Below, piece by piece: positions 28,415 to 37,171 of a DNA stretch of 57,307 nucleotides. Under the pieces are notes generated by a model, which saw nothing but the letters and a program-made list of their open reading frames with translations, was not told the origin of the DNA and did no database searches. The position numbers and the translations under genes were made by a program. The stretch's first letter is position 1. The number at the start of each line of letters is the position of its first letter. The stretch is taken from IMG/VR virus record IMGVR_UViG_3300025133_007637, positions 1-57,307 of that record, one strand, 5' to 3'. This DNA is from a virus (lineage: Duplodnaviria > Caudoviricetes).

Positions 28415-28484
28415 TGATTAAATCTCCCCGATGAATTTAAGGTAAATAGTTATGAGGAGAATTAAATGGAAAGAGGAGGAGAGT

Positions 28485-28802
28485 TTACTTTACATTACGA
28501 AAAGCACAGTGAATTCCGCGAAATGCCCTGCGATCAATTTTTAATTGAACGCCTTGTCTGTCTAAAAAGCTATAATCCAGTACAGCAGCACCACATCGAT
28601 CAATTATCTTTGCGGCATCGGTCTTTGTACTGTAAACATATACAAACCCCTCTTTTTTGTCAGCATTTGCATCAATAATGTGAGATTCGCCCTCGGGACC
28701 ACCACCTTTTCCTTTAAAATGGTTTCTAACTTCATCCAAAGAGGGTTTTTCAGTTAAAAGTTGGCCCCAAGCGTCTTTTTTGTTGTTTTTTGTATCAGTC
28801 AT
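28485..28802 (-). CDS. Hypothetical protein
   Basis: GGAG SD, coding strand. Confidence 0.6.
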   Translation of the reverse strand: MTDTKNNKKDAWGQLLTEKPSLDEVRNHFKGKGGGPEGESHIIDANADKKEGFVYVYSTKTDAAKIIDRCGAAVLDYSFLDRQGVQLKIDRRAFRGIHCAFRNVK

Positions 28803-28810
28803 TTGTTCTC

Positions 28811-29383
28811 CTAAAATTTATCCAACAGAATATCGAGGGATTTTGCGGTTGCTAAGGCATCGCCCATAGCCGTATGACGGTCATTTTCAGCGATTTCAAC
28901 GCCCGCAGACTCAAATAAAACGTCCGCAGAAGCCCGAAATCCCTTAACTTTGCCCGAAATCATTAAGAATTGCAGTATAGAACACGAATCTAAGGCCCGA
29001 TCTCGGAAATCTAAGCTCATATCTTGTTGAGCGAGCCTGTAAAGCCGTCTAATGAACCCTAAATCAAAGGCAACATTGTGGCCCACAAGCTGTATTGGCT
29101 TTCTTGAGAGTCCAAAACGCTTGTTTAAAGCTATTTTTATACGTTTAACTGCCTCAAAAGGTGAAAAACCTTCCTTATTAATGACATTTAAGTCAATTTT
29201 ATTAATCTTTAAGGCTTTTTCTTCAACGTTTAATTCTGGTTCCTTGATATAAAGGTCAAATAGCTTTGTTATTTCACCTCTGGGTTGCCAGACGACGCCA
29301 GCAATACTTAAAATGCTATTTTTTTTGCAACTTAAGCCGCCAGTTTCGGTATCAACCACTAAGAATGTATTTTTCATTGTCAT
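28811..29383 (-). CDS. DEDDh 3'-5' exonuclease (DnaQ-like)
   Basis: VVDTETGG, VGHNVAFD, HTAMGDA. Confidence 0.88.
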   Translation of the reverse strand: MTMKNTFLVVDTETGGLSCKKNSILSIAGVVWQPRGEITKLFDLYIKEPELNVEEKALKINKIDLNVINKEGFSPFEAVKRIKIALNKRFGLSRKPIQLVGHNVAFDLGFIRRLYRLAQQDMSLDFRDRALDSCSILQFLMISGKVKGFRASADVLFESAGVEIAENDRHTAMGDALATAKSLDILLDKF

Positions 29384-29389
29384 AGCTCT

Positions 29390-29418
29390 ATAATATCACA
29401 CAAATTTATCTTTGTCAA
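29390..29418 (-). promoter_or_regulatory. sigma70 promoter giving a probably leaderless exonuclease mRNA
   Basis: TTGACA-17 nt-TATTAT; ATG 6 nt after the -10. Confidence 0.65.
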
Positions 29419-29603
29419 TTCAGAATTACCCTATTTTCCTCTTATCTTTGCATAACTTTCATAAATGTAAACTATTATAACAAAAAGACCACAAAATAGT
29501 GCAGCTAAAACCCAAGAACAAAGGTTTCCCAATGTTTTTAAGTAAAATGAGCTATAATTTGAGAGTTTATCCATTAGTTTAATCAATAACAAAAGAACTA
29601 AGC

Positions 29604-29626
29604 AAAAAAAAGGGGCCGAAGCCCCC
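29604..29626 (-). terminator. Rho-independent terminator after the beta-barrel gene
   Basis: GGGGC-TTCG-GCCCC followed by T8. Confidence 0.9.
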
Positions 29627-29648
29627 AAAAACTTAGTTTTTATTTTAA

Positions 29649-30272
29649 TTATAGGCTTGCGCTAAGTCCAAGACCCAAGACATGGGTATTGCTGGTGCTA
29701 TCACCAATAGCAGAATTAAGCATATAAAACACATTAAGCCCCAAAGAGTCCGTTATGGCTTTTGAAACGCCCAAGGTGGCACGATTTCCGGTCACTCCAG
29801 AATCATCAACGAATAATTCATCAGAAATAAACGGTGAAACGCCTGAAACGTCCGTAGTTGCACTCAAAGAAGTGCGTCCACGTAATGTGTCGCCATCTCG
29901 CAACTCCAACTTTGATAAACTATCCAAATTAATAGTTCCAGTCAAGAGTCGAAGACCAACACCAACAGACAAACGCTGTTCGCCAGTGGAAACATTACGA
30001 TAACCAACACCAACGCTTACAATATCGCTCGCTTGAGTGGTAATACCAATGTCAGTGTGTTGTCGTGCCAGTGAAGGACCAGTTGCATCAGCAAAACGCA
30101 ATTCTTCTCCAACATTAAGCGTCAAACTATCAGTCAAATTGCCCGATACGCTTAAGCTCGTCCAAACTGCTGAGTCAGCAGCCATGGCGGAATTAGCAGC
30201 AAAGATGAATCCGATCACCAAGCCGGAAAGAATTCCAATCTTTCCCCATTTATTCAATTTAATTTTGTTCAT
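29649..30272 (-). CDS. Outer-membrane beta-barrel protein (DUF2490-like)
   Basis: Signal peptide ending AMA-A; alternating amphipathic strands; W.SLSV.G.L...EELRF, PFISDELF, C-terminal VLGLGLSASL. Confidence 0.7.
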   Translation of the reverse strand: MNKIKLNKWGKIGILSGLVIGFIFAANSAMAADSAVWTSLSVSGNLTDSLTLNVGEELRFADATGPSLARQHTDIGITTQASDIVSVGVGYRNVSTGEQRLSVGVGLRLLTGTINLDSLSKLELRDGDTLRGRTSLSATTDVSGVSPFISDELFVDDSGVTGNRATLGVSKAITDSLGLNVFYMLNSAIGDSTSNTHVLGLGLSASL

Positions 30273-30285
30273 TTAATTTCTCCTT

Positions 30286-30372
30286 TTAGAACAAGAAGGC
30301 TACCATTAGCCCGAATGACGCAACCAAGGTTACGAGGCCAAAATAATCAGCCGTTTGTAATTTTTTAGACAT
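30286..30372 (-). CDS. 28-aa single-pass membrane micropeptide (not in ORF track)
   Basis: AAGGAG SD; MSKKLQTADYFGLVTLVASFGLMVAFLF. Confidence 0.65.
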   Translation of the reverse strand: MSKKLQTADYFGLVTLVASFGLMVAFLF

Positions 30373-30387
30373 TTTGTCTCCTTTTTA

Positions 30388-30465
30388 TTATCCGCGTGAA
30401 CGCAAATAGAAAAATGCTCCAACAAGTCCAGCGACTACAAGAGCGCCAATAACTTCCATACTCAT
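30388..30465 (-). CDS. 25-aa single-pass membrane micropeptide (not in ORF track)
   Basis: AAGGAGGT SD; MSMEVIGALVVAGLVGAFFYLRSRG. Confidence 0.65.
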   Translation of the reverse strand: MSMEVIGALVVAGLVGAFFYLRSRG

Positions 30466-30467
30466 TT

Positions 30468-30680
30468 TTACCTCCTTATTAACTTTTTTTCAGTATGTAA
30501 CTGAATTGTAGGTTCGTTTAAATTCATCCAGAACGAAAGACCTTCTTTCGCCCATAAAGCATAAACGCCGAGTTTATTTGAGCCATCATCATCAGGTCTA
30601 TTTGACACTTCTATCACAAGCCCCTGATCTCCACATTGGGATTTAATCAAATCCCCAACTTTAAATCTGTTTTTTTTCAT
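30468..30680 (-). CDS. Small SH3/KOW-like protein (FxVGDLV family)
   Basis: FKVGDLI...QGLVIEV...VYALW. Confidence 0.65.
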   Translation of the reverse strand: MKKNRFKVGDLIKSQCGDQGLVIEVSNRPDDDGSNKLGVYALWAKEGLSFWMNLNEPTIQLHTEKKLIRR

Positions 30681-30692
30681 AATTTATTTAAA

Positions 30693-31271
30693 CTAAAAGC
30701 CGAGTGCCTTTAATTCCTCGATTGTTTGACGGGTATTTTTATAAAGAATAGCTTTACCGCCAGATTCTTTAAACGGAATAGTATTACTTTGGAAATCATC
30801 AATAAGAATTCCAATTTTTCCACTTTGATTAGCAAATTCATTTTTATTAAATCTTATTTGAACATTGTCTCCTGTTAATCCCAAATTATCTTTCACCCAT
30901 TTCTTTTTTCCAATAACTGATTGGAGATCGACAGGTCTTGACAGAATCTTTGGATTAAATTTTTGAATATAACTCCACAGTTCTTTTCCACGGGGTTGCC
31001 ATTTGAGATTCATCCAGAAATGACGATTATCTGGCATTACTCTATACATAAAGTTTCTAACAGGCTTCTTAAAGTGTTCAGAATTTTTATTAGCATCTCT
31101 TTCTTGTAATTTTTTGCCGTTGAGGGCTTCTCTTGCTGCTAATTGAGCATTTTTATAACGATTCGACGCATTTTCAGGTGCTTCATTATAGATAGCGTCA
31201 TTAATGCCGTCCATTAGATCGACCAGAACCCCATCTAAATCACAAAAAATTTGAAAGTTGTTTTTATCCAT
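30693..31271 (-). CDS. HAD-family 5'(3')-deoxyribonucleotidase-like protein
   Basis: IFCDLDGVLVD, FWMNLKW, GKKKWV, ILIDD, GGKAILY. Confidence 0.8.
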   Translation of the reverse strand: MDKNNFQIFCDLDGVLVDLMDGINDAIYNEAPENASNRYKNAQLAAREALNGKKLQERDANKNSEHFKKPVRNFMYRVMPDNRHFWMNLKWQPRGKELWSYIQKFNPKILSRPVDLQSVIGKKKWVKDNLGLTGDNVQIRFNKNEFANQSGKIGILIDDFQSNTIPFKESGGKAILYKNTRQTIEELKALGF

Positions 31272-31273
31272 GT

Positions 31274-31576
31274 TTACCTTTTTATGCTCACAGAGGGACT
31301 TGAACCCCCACGCCTAAGATTAGCAAAAGATTTTAAGTCTTCCGTGTCTACCATTTCCACCATGCGAGCAGGAGTGCAAAACTCTTTTCGACAAGGCGTG
31401 TTGCAAATCGCAAAGCATTTGCCCCATTCCCATTTATGTTTAATAGTTCTTTCACAAATTGCGCTGCACTCGTGGCAACAAACGAAAAACCTTTCATCAC
31501 ACTGAATTTTACCATTTGGTCTTGAACATTCAGAAAAACTAAACATTAAAGAAATCACTAGAATAAGATTTTTCAT
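31274..31576 (-). CDS. Secreted Cys-rich small protein whose reading frame runs through tRNA-Leu
   Basis: Hydrophobic N-terminus, 10 Cys in the first 69 aa, own promoter; no stop before the tRNA. Confidence 0.5.
   Translation of the reverse strand: MKNLILVISLMFSFSECSRPNGKIQCDERFFVCCHECSAICERTIKHKWEWGKCFAICNTPCRKEFCTPARMVEMVDTEDLKSFANLRRGGSSPSVSIKR
31285..31369 (-). tRNA. tRNA-Leu(TAA), CCA not encoded
   Basis: GCTCGCA/TGTGAGC acceptor stem, TGGTAGACAC D-arm, anticodon loop CTTAAAA, long variable arm, GTTCAAGTC T-loop, A73. Confidence 0.92.
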
Positions 31577-31587
31577 CTATTAGCTCT

Positions 31588-31616
31588 ATTGTACCTGGGT
31601 TTTAAAAGGATGTCAA
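31588..31616 (-). promoter_or_regulatory. sigma70 promoter for the Cys-rich ORF/tRNA-Leu
   Basis: TTGACA-17 nt-TACAAT. Confidence 0.75.
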
Positions 31617-31631
31617 GGAAAAAAAATTTCT

Positions 31632-32870
31632 TTAGAATTGATCTTCTTCAGTTGAATTTTTTAATGCTAGTGTTGAGGAATTACCCCCACTTATAACTTG
31701 TGAAACTTTATCAAAATAGCCGGTGCCGACTTCGTGCTGATGTTTTGTTGCAGTAAAACCGTCTTTTGCAGCTTTAAACTCTTTTTGTTGAAAACTAGAG
31801 TATGCGGCCATTCCTTCGGTCTTATATTTGTTAGCTAATTCAAACATACTATAATTTAATGTATGAAAACCGGCCAAAGTGATAAATTGAAATTTAAAAC
31901 CCATTTCATTAAGTAATTCACGAAATTTCTTGATTGTTTCTTGGTTCAAATTCTTTTTCCAATTAAAAGATGGAGAACAATTATAAGCTAATAATTTATC
32001 TGGGAATTTATCATGGATTGCTTTAGCAAATGATTTGGCTTCTTCTAAATCTGGTGTTGAAGTTTCAAACCAAATCATGTCTGCATGAGCGCAATAGGAT
32101 AAACCTCTATCAATAGCCATGTCAAGTCCGCCAGTAATCTTATAAAAGCCTTCAGCTGTTCTTTCACCAGTTATGAATTTGTGATCGCGTTCATCAATGT
32201 CAGAAGTCATTAGTTTTGCGCTTCCAGCATCAGTGCGAGCGATAATAACTGTTTCAACAGCACAAACATCAGCCGCAAGCCTCGCCGCAGTTAATGTTTT
32301 AATAAATTGAGAAGTAGGAACAAGAACTTTTCCACCCATATGTCCGCACTTCTTTTCTGAGGCTAATTGATCTTCAAAATGAACACAAGATGCGCCAGCT
32401 TCAATCATAGCTTTCATCAATTCATAGGCATTTAATGAACCGCCAAAGCCTGCTTCTGCATCAGCAATAATTGGAACAAACCAATCAATATCATGATTAT
32501 CTTCCGAATGATCAATTTGATCTGCTCGTTGTAAAGCTTTATTAATTTTTTTAACAACTTCTGGAACAGAGTTTGCTGGGTATAGGCTTTGATCAGGATA
32601 CATACTTCCTGCAAGATTTGCGTCTGCTGCTACTTGCCATCCACTCACATAAATCGCTTTCAGCCCAGCGCGGACTTGTTGAACAGCTTGGTTGCCAGTA
32701 AGTGCGCCTAGTGCCGCAACGGGTTGCGGGCCTTGGAGCCGATCCCAAAACTTTATTGCACCAGTTTCTGCCAAAGTATATTTAATTTGTAAAGAGCCTC
32801 TTAAAGACATTACATCTGTATAATCATACGGACGTTTAATATATTGCCATCGATCAATTGTCATTTTCAT
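31632..32870 (-). CDS. aceA: Isocitrate lyase
   Basis: [79 protein letters not shown]. Confidence 0.97.
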   Translation of the reverse strand: MKMTIDRWQYIKRPYDYTDVMSLRGSLQIKYTLAETGAIKFWDRLQGPQPVAALGALTGNQAVQQVRAGLKAIYVSGWQVAADANLAGSMYPDQSLYPANSVPEVVKKINKALQRADQIDHSEDNHDIDWFVPIIADAEAGFGGSLNAYELMKAMIEAGASCVHFEDQLASEKKCGHMGGKVLVPTSQFIKTLTAARLAADVCAVETVIIARTDAGSAKLMTSDIDERDHKFITGERTAEGFYKITGGLDMAIDRGLSYCAHADMIWFETSTPDLEEAKSFAKAIHDKFPDKLLAYNCSPSFNWKKNLNQETIKKFRELLNEMGFKFQFITLAGFHTLNYSMFELANKYKTEGMAAYSSFQQKEFKAAKDGFTATKHQHEVGTGYFDKVSQVISGGNSSTLALKNSTEEDQF

Positions 32871-32882
32871 TCCTCCAAGAAA

Positions 32883-34397
32883 TCAAGTAATAAGATCATA
32901 ACATTTTAAAGTTAGAAAGTCAATTATTTTTTTAGAACTACACAATTCAATAAAAATCTCTTTTGTGTTATCAAATTGTTTACAATTCTTAAACTGCTCT
33001 AATTCCTCATTTATTAATTTAGTTAAAAAAGGTTTTGTCACCCTTTCGCCGTTGTTAAGATAAATTTTAAATTTTAACCACTGCCAAATTTGTGCTCGGG
33101 AGATTTCGGCAGTTGCTGCATCTTCCATAAGATTATTAATTGGAACACAACCGTTTCCGTTTAACCAAGCATTCAAATACTGAAATCCAATTCTAATGTT
33201 ATCTCTTAAACCTTCTTCAGTGCAAACTCCCTTTGGAACACATAATAAATCTTTCTGGGTTATTAAATCATTAAGATAAATTTGTTTATGAATTTGATTT
33301 GGAGTTTCCATATGAGAATCAAAAATGCCTTTAGCTATATATACCAAACCAGGATGTGCTACCCAAGTTCCATCATGTCCGTCTTGAACTTCCCTTTCTT
33401 TATCTGCCATTACTTTTGCCATCGCAACTGCATTTCTATGTTCCGCATTTTTAATAGGAATTTGTGCTGCCATGCCTCCAATGGCATGTGCGCCTCTTTT
33501 ATGACAAGTCTGTACTAAAAGTTGTGAATATGAGCGCAAAAAATGCTCTTTCATTCCAACCTGATTACGATCTGGCAAAACAAAACATCTTTCTGATGAC
33601 ATTGTTTTTATAAAACTGAAAATGTAATCCCATCTGCCACAATTTAAACCAGCAGAATGTTCTCGAAGTTCAAATAAAATTTCATTCATTTGAAATGCTG
33701 CTGGCAAAGTTTCAATCAAAACCGTAGCTTTAATAGTTCCAGGTTTTAAATCAAAATAAGATTCTGTAAAGTTAAAGACATCGTTCCATAGTCTTGCTTC
33801 TTTATAACTTTCTAGTTTTGGTAAATAAAAATAAGGAGCACTATTATTTTTTTTGAGTGCTTTATGATTATGGAAGATATATAAACCATAGTCAAAGAGA
33901 GAAGCACGAATTGGTTTATTATGAACAACATAATTCTTTTCAACAAGATGAAGACCTCTTGGTCTTACAAAGAGAGTCGCAGTTTGATTTTTTAAACTAT
34001 AATGTTTTTTCGTTGTGGGGTCTGTGTACTCTATGGTTTTGGCCACTGCGTCACGCAGATTCTCTTGACCCTGAAGACAATTCTCCCAAGTCGGACAATT
34101 TGAATCTTCAAAATCTGCCATAAAAACATTGGCTCCTGAATTGAGAGCATTAATAATCATTTTACGAACTGGCGGTCCTGTAATCTCTACTCTACGATCA
34201 TTTATTTCTTCTGGAAATGGTGAGATTGTCCATTCAGTTTCTCTCACTTCTTTTGTAGAAGGTAGAAAGTGTGGATGAACTGGAATAATTAATTTCTGCC
34301 TTCTAGCATTCAGAAGTAATTCTATTGAATTAGAAAATGAAACTGAAAGATCATTTAAAAATTTTTTTGCTTCTTTAGTTAAGATTTGATTTGACAT
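32883..34397 (-). CDS. aceB: Malate synthase A
   Basis: DRRVEITGP, MADFEDS, VRPRGLH, YFYLPKLES, LIETLPAAF, GLNCGRWDYIFS, GGMAAQIP, MEDAATAEISR. Confidence 0.96.
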   Translation of the reverse strand: MSNQILTKEAKKFLNDLSVSFSNSIELLLNARRQKLIIPVHPHFLPSTKEVRETEWTISPFPEEINDRRVEITGPPVRKMIINALNSGANVFMADFEDSNCPTWENCLQGQENLRDAVAKTIEYTDPTTKKHYSLKNQTATLFVRPRGLHLVEKNYVVHNKPIRASLFDYGLYIFHNHKALKKNNSAPYFYLPKLESYKEARLWNDVFNFTESYFDLKPGTIKATVLIETLPAAFQMNEILFELREHSAGLNCGRWDYIFSFIKTMSSERCFVLPDRNQVGMKEHFLRSYSQLLVQTCHKRGAHAIGGMAAQIPIKNAEHRNAVAMAKVMADKEREVQDGHDGTWVAHPGLVYIAKGIFDSHMETPNQIHKQIYLNDLITQKDLLCVPKGVCTEEGLRDNIRIGFQYLNAWLNGNGCVPINNLMEDAATAEISRAQIWQWLKFKIYLNNGERVTKPFLTKLINEELEQFKNCKQFDNTKEIFIELCSSKKIIDFLTLKCYDLIT

Positions 34398-34409
34398 GAT
34401 AAAACTGTA

Positions 34410-34814
34410 TTAAGATTTTAATGAATAATAAAATAGTTCTATTGCATGGGTCTGACACAGGATTTTTTTATCACTCCAATGCAACCACTTAGTAGAACAA
34501 TAAAGATTACCTATTTTACCACATTTTTCACATGTTTTGTAAGCAAGAATGCTGGTTGCTTGTAAAATAGTGTCAATTTCTTTGGTACTGTTTATTGATT
34601 CAATCTCAAGACAACCAAATTTTTGCTTTAAAGAAACAATTTTAAAACTAGATAAATCATTTTTAGGATAAATGCTTATATAAAGATCTAGGGTGCGACA
34701 TAATTCTGTTATTAGATTGCACCAGCCACGATCAAAGTTGAAACTAAGGTTGTCAAAATCTAAGAAAAGATGAGAATAGGATTTGAACAGTGACTTCTCT
34801 TGTCTTTCTGTCAT
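34410..34814 (-). CDS. Hypothetical protein with CxxC motif (GW..L...KQKFG.L...TCEKCG family)
   Basis: Pattern common in phage/bacterial hypothetical proteins; first gene of the aceBA unit. Confidence 0.6.
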   Translation of the reverse strand: MTERQEKSLFKSYSHLFLDFDNLSFNFDRGWCNLITELCRTLDLYISIYPKNDLSSFKIVSLKQKFGCLEIESINSTKEIDTILQATSILAYKTCEKCGKIGNLYCSTKWLHWSDKKILCQTHAIELFYYSLKS

Positions 34815-34856
34815 AAAATAAATACAAATTACTTCATAATTTCTTTATTGAAATAA

Positions 34857-34885
34857 ATAATAGCATATAAATTTCAACAGGTCAA
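34857..34885 (-). promoter_or_regulatory. sigma70 promoter for the orf-aceB-aceA unit
   Basis: TTGACC-17 nt-TATTAT with extended TGn, just downstream of a terminator. Confidence 0.65.
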
Positions 34886-34909
34886 CAAAAAAGAACAGAG
34901 AAATTAGAA

Positions 34910-34937
34910 CAAAAAAAAAGGGGCTTAGAAGCCCCTC
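34910..34937 (-). terminator. Rho-independent terminator after the KTSC gene
   Basis: AGGGGCTT-CT-AAGCCCCT-type hairpin followed by a T9-10 run. Confidence 0.85.
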
Positions 34938-34967
34938 AAAAAAATGATTTTTTTTATTTAACGAAAA

Positions 34968-35186
34968 TTAACCTGCAACTTTGGTCGTCGGGAAACGTCC
35001 ACGAATATTGCTATTGAAATAGGTTCCTGCGCTCTTGGCCTGAACCAATGCGTCAGCAGTTTGACGGCTCACACCGCGAAAAACATATTTGGTTGCCGGT
35101 GCCTTCTGCATCGTAACAGTAAGTTCCTCATTAAGTTGATTATAGCCAACTTCGCTAATAAGGGATGAATTGTTGATTTTTGTCAT
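34968..35186 (-). CDS. KTSC domain protein
   Basis: SSLISEVGYN....L.V...YVF.GV....LVQAKSAGTYFNSNIRGRF; GGAGG SD at MTKIN. Confidence 0.85.
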   Translation of the reverse strand: MTKINNSSLISEVGYNQLNEELTVTMQKAPATKYVFRGVSRQTADALVQAKSAGTYFNSNIRGRFPTTKVAG

Positions 35187-35238
35187 AAATGACCTCCATT
35201 GTATTTGGTGAAACATTTCACCTGTTTAAGATAGCACC

Positions 35239-35267
35239 ATTATAAACGATTCAATTGCTTTTGTCAA
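35239..35267 (-). promoter_or_regulatory. Consensus sigma70 promoter for the KTSC gene
   Basis: TTGACA-17 nt-TATAAT. Confidence 0.85.
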
Positions 35268-35377
35268 GTGATTTTTTGCTCTTTTATGGCATTAAGCCAA
35301 ATTAATGTTGCACCCACAAGACCAAAGACACAAATCGGCATACCAATAAATAAATTTAATAAAAGTTTAGTCTTCAT
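35264..35377 (-). CDS. Small membrane protein (37 aa)
   Basis: GGAGG SD; MKTKLLLNLFIGMPICVFGLVGATLIWLNAIKEQKIT. Confidence 0.5.
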   Translation of the reverse strand: MKTKLLLNLFIGMPICVFGLVGATLIWLNAIKEQKIT

Positions 35378-35651
35378 CAATACCTCCAGGCGCAGCCGTC
35401 GCGGGAAATTTCTCATCCTCGCAAACCAACCGCATTTCATCCCACGCCATACAATCCTCAGAACCATCAATAAATTTAACATAAAATCTATGATGAGAAC
35501 TTGTTAATTCAACAATTTCAGTTATAATTGCGTATTCAACAGGATGATTCAATCCAGTACACCACTCAAAATGTGGAGAATCATAACCGTGTTTTTTATT
35601 AGCTAAAACTAAATCGCCAACATGAAACTTAGCCACTCGCAAACCTATCAA
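35367..35651 (-). CDS. Small SH3/KOW-like protein
   Basis: KFHVGDLV...YAIITEI...FYVKF; start probably GTG at 35636. Confidence 0.65.
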   Translation of the reverse strand: MIGLRVAKFHVGDLVLANKKHGYDSPHFEWCTGLNHPVEYAIITEIVELTSSHHRFYVKFIDGSEDCMAWDEMRLVCEDEKFPATAAPGGIDED

Positions 35652-35841
35652 TAGTTATTTTTTTAAAAGCTTTATCAATTTTTAAACGCAACCCATTTAC
35701 AATTTTTTGTCGCTTTAGATCGTCTTTCGATGGAAGTTCATCGACACTCCACCGTTGTCGAGTAAGTTGCATTTGGAGTTTATACAGTTCTCCATCCAGT
35801 AAAAGTGCTTCATCTTCAGTTATTTCTATCATTTTTTTCAT
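35629..35841 (-). CDS. Hypothetical protein
   Basis: GAGG SD, coupled to neighbours. Confidence 0.55.
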   Translation of the reverse strand: MKKMIEITEDEALLLDGELYKLQMQLTRQRWSVDELPSKDDLKRQKIVNGLRLKIDKAFKKITIDRFASG

Positions 35842-35947
35842 CCTCTAATAAATCTAATTTAATCTTTCTTGCAAACCACGCCATCGCAACAAAATTAATA
35901 ATGAATACAACCACCACACCGATTATGTCCAATGTGGTATAATTCAT

Positions 35948-36178
35948 TTATGATGCCTCTGCCACTAATTCAATATTATGTTCAGCCCAACTATCTTCTT
36001 CAATTGTTGATTCTTGTTCAATCGCCCAATAAATGTGATAGTATCTTTTCAAACCAGCACCTTCGCCACCAATGATGGCCACATCAGTAACAACTCCATA
36101 GTCATCATTTTCATAACACCCATTGTCTTCGGGAAAAAGTACAAGATCCCCAACTTTAAATTTATTATCAATAGCCAT
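35948..36178 (-). CDS. Small SH3/KOW-like protein
   Basis: KFKVGDLV...YGVVTDV...YHIYW...IELVA. Confidence 0.7.
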   Translation of the reverse strand: MAIDNKFKVGDLVLFPEDNGCYENDDYGVVTDVAIIGGEGAGLKRYYHIYWAIEQESTIEEDSWAEHNIELVAEAS

Positions 36179-36332
36179 TATGGATTCTCATGTTCATACG
36201 TGAACGGTTCTAGTGTTGCGTTTTCAATAGAATTTTCATTTAAATAGCGGTAACAATCGCCATAGTTTCCTTCAAACAATACTTTACCTTCTTCATCAAG
36301 AACTTTCCAAATTGTGTAAAATCTCATCCTTT

Positions 36333-36563
36333 TCAAGCGCAGCTCTCCTTTGCAGGTGTAATTAATTCAAGTTGAGTATAGCTGTACGCAGACAGTCTCG
36401 CCCTACGATCATCAGCCCATTGAATTTTATACCAAGTTTGCTCATCATGCCCTCGCACTGTACCAGTAACAATTCCATAATCTTTACCAAATAAAAAATC
36501 GGTAGATTGACTATTTTTATAAGCAATTAAATCGCCAATTTGAAATTTATGATAGTTTGCCAT
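36333..36563 (-). CDS. Small SH3/KOW-like protein
   Basis: KFQIGDLI...YGIVTG...YKIQW...LELI. Confidence 0.7.
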   Translation of the reverse strand: MANYHKFQIGDLIAYKNSQSTDFLFGKDYGIVTGTVRGHDEQTWYKIQWADDRRARLSAYSYTQLELITPAKESCA

Positions 36564-36762
36564 TTTGACCTCGTGTTATTAATTTTAATTGGCCTTTGTG
36601 AATCCAAGAACTGCGACCATCATACCACACACATTTTATTGTGTCAACTTTATCAGAATCATCAGAAGTTATTTTAACCACAACTCCAAAACCTCGATTT
36701 AATTTAGATAATAAAGTTGTATGCTTTACCAGATCGCCTATTTGAAATTTAAACCTTTTCAT
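36547..36762 (-). CDS. Small SH3/KOW-like protein
   Basis: KFQIGDLV...FGVVVKI...IKCVW...LKLI. Confidence 0.7.
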   Translation of the reverse strand: MKRFKFQIGDLVKHTTLLSKLNRGFGVVVKITSDDSDKVDTIKCVWYDGRSSWIHKGQLKLITRGQNGKLS

Positions 36763-36950
36763 GCTTGAGCAATTAATTTAATTATCTTCTTGTCATAAAT
36801 TATCCATTCAGGCTTTATAGCATTTAGCCATTGAACGCGCAATAGTAAACATTTTCCTTCGTTGTGATCAACTTCCACAACAATCCCAGTTTCAACCATA
36901 ACGCTGCCAGAAATTACGGTTGAGTATTCAATTAAATCGCCGGTTCTCAT
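36759..36950 (-). CDS. Small SH3/KOW-like protein
   Basis: MRTGDLI...TGIVVEV...LRVQW...IKLIA. Confidence 0.7.
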   Translation of the reverse strand: MRTGDLIEYSTVISGSVMVETGIVVEVDHNEGKCLLLRVQWLNAIKPEWIIYDKKIIKLIAQA

Positions 36951-37171
36951 TTTACTTTTCCATGAAGTTCAAGCGAGTATTCCATTTCCCAACGCTCACC
37001 AACATCAATAAATTTAACTTTATAGGCCCACGCCATTTTCCCCGAATCATCGCAGGCGAACGAACGGTTCGATTTTTCCAACACAATGCCAATTTTGCCA
37101 TGGCAAACTCTAAGACCCATCGGGAAATTTGTAAATTTAACTAAATCGCCAACATTAAATTCACTTTTCAT
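36947..37171 (-). CDS. Small SH3/KOW-like protein
   Basis: EFNVGDLV...IGIVLE...YKVKF...LEL. Confidence 0.7.
   Translation of the reverse strand: MKSEFNVGDLVKFTNFPMGLRVCHGKIGIVLEKSNRSFACDDSGKMAWAYKVKFIDVGERWEMEYSLELHGKVK

Noticed and set aside
29431-29628. 65-aa ORF starting at TTG inside the terminator
   Set aside because: The start overlaps the terminator hairpin; at most a shorter membrane peptide from MDKLS, with too little support.
31251-31505. Plus-strand 84-aa ORF
   Set aside because: It is the antisense of tRNA-Leu (EGLEPPRL is a typical tRNA shadow).
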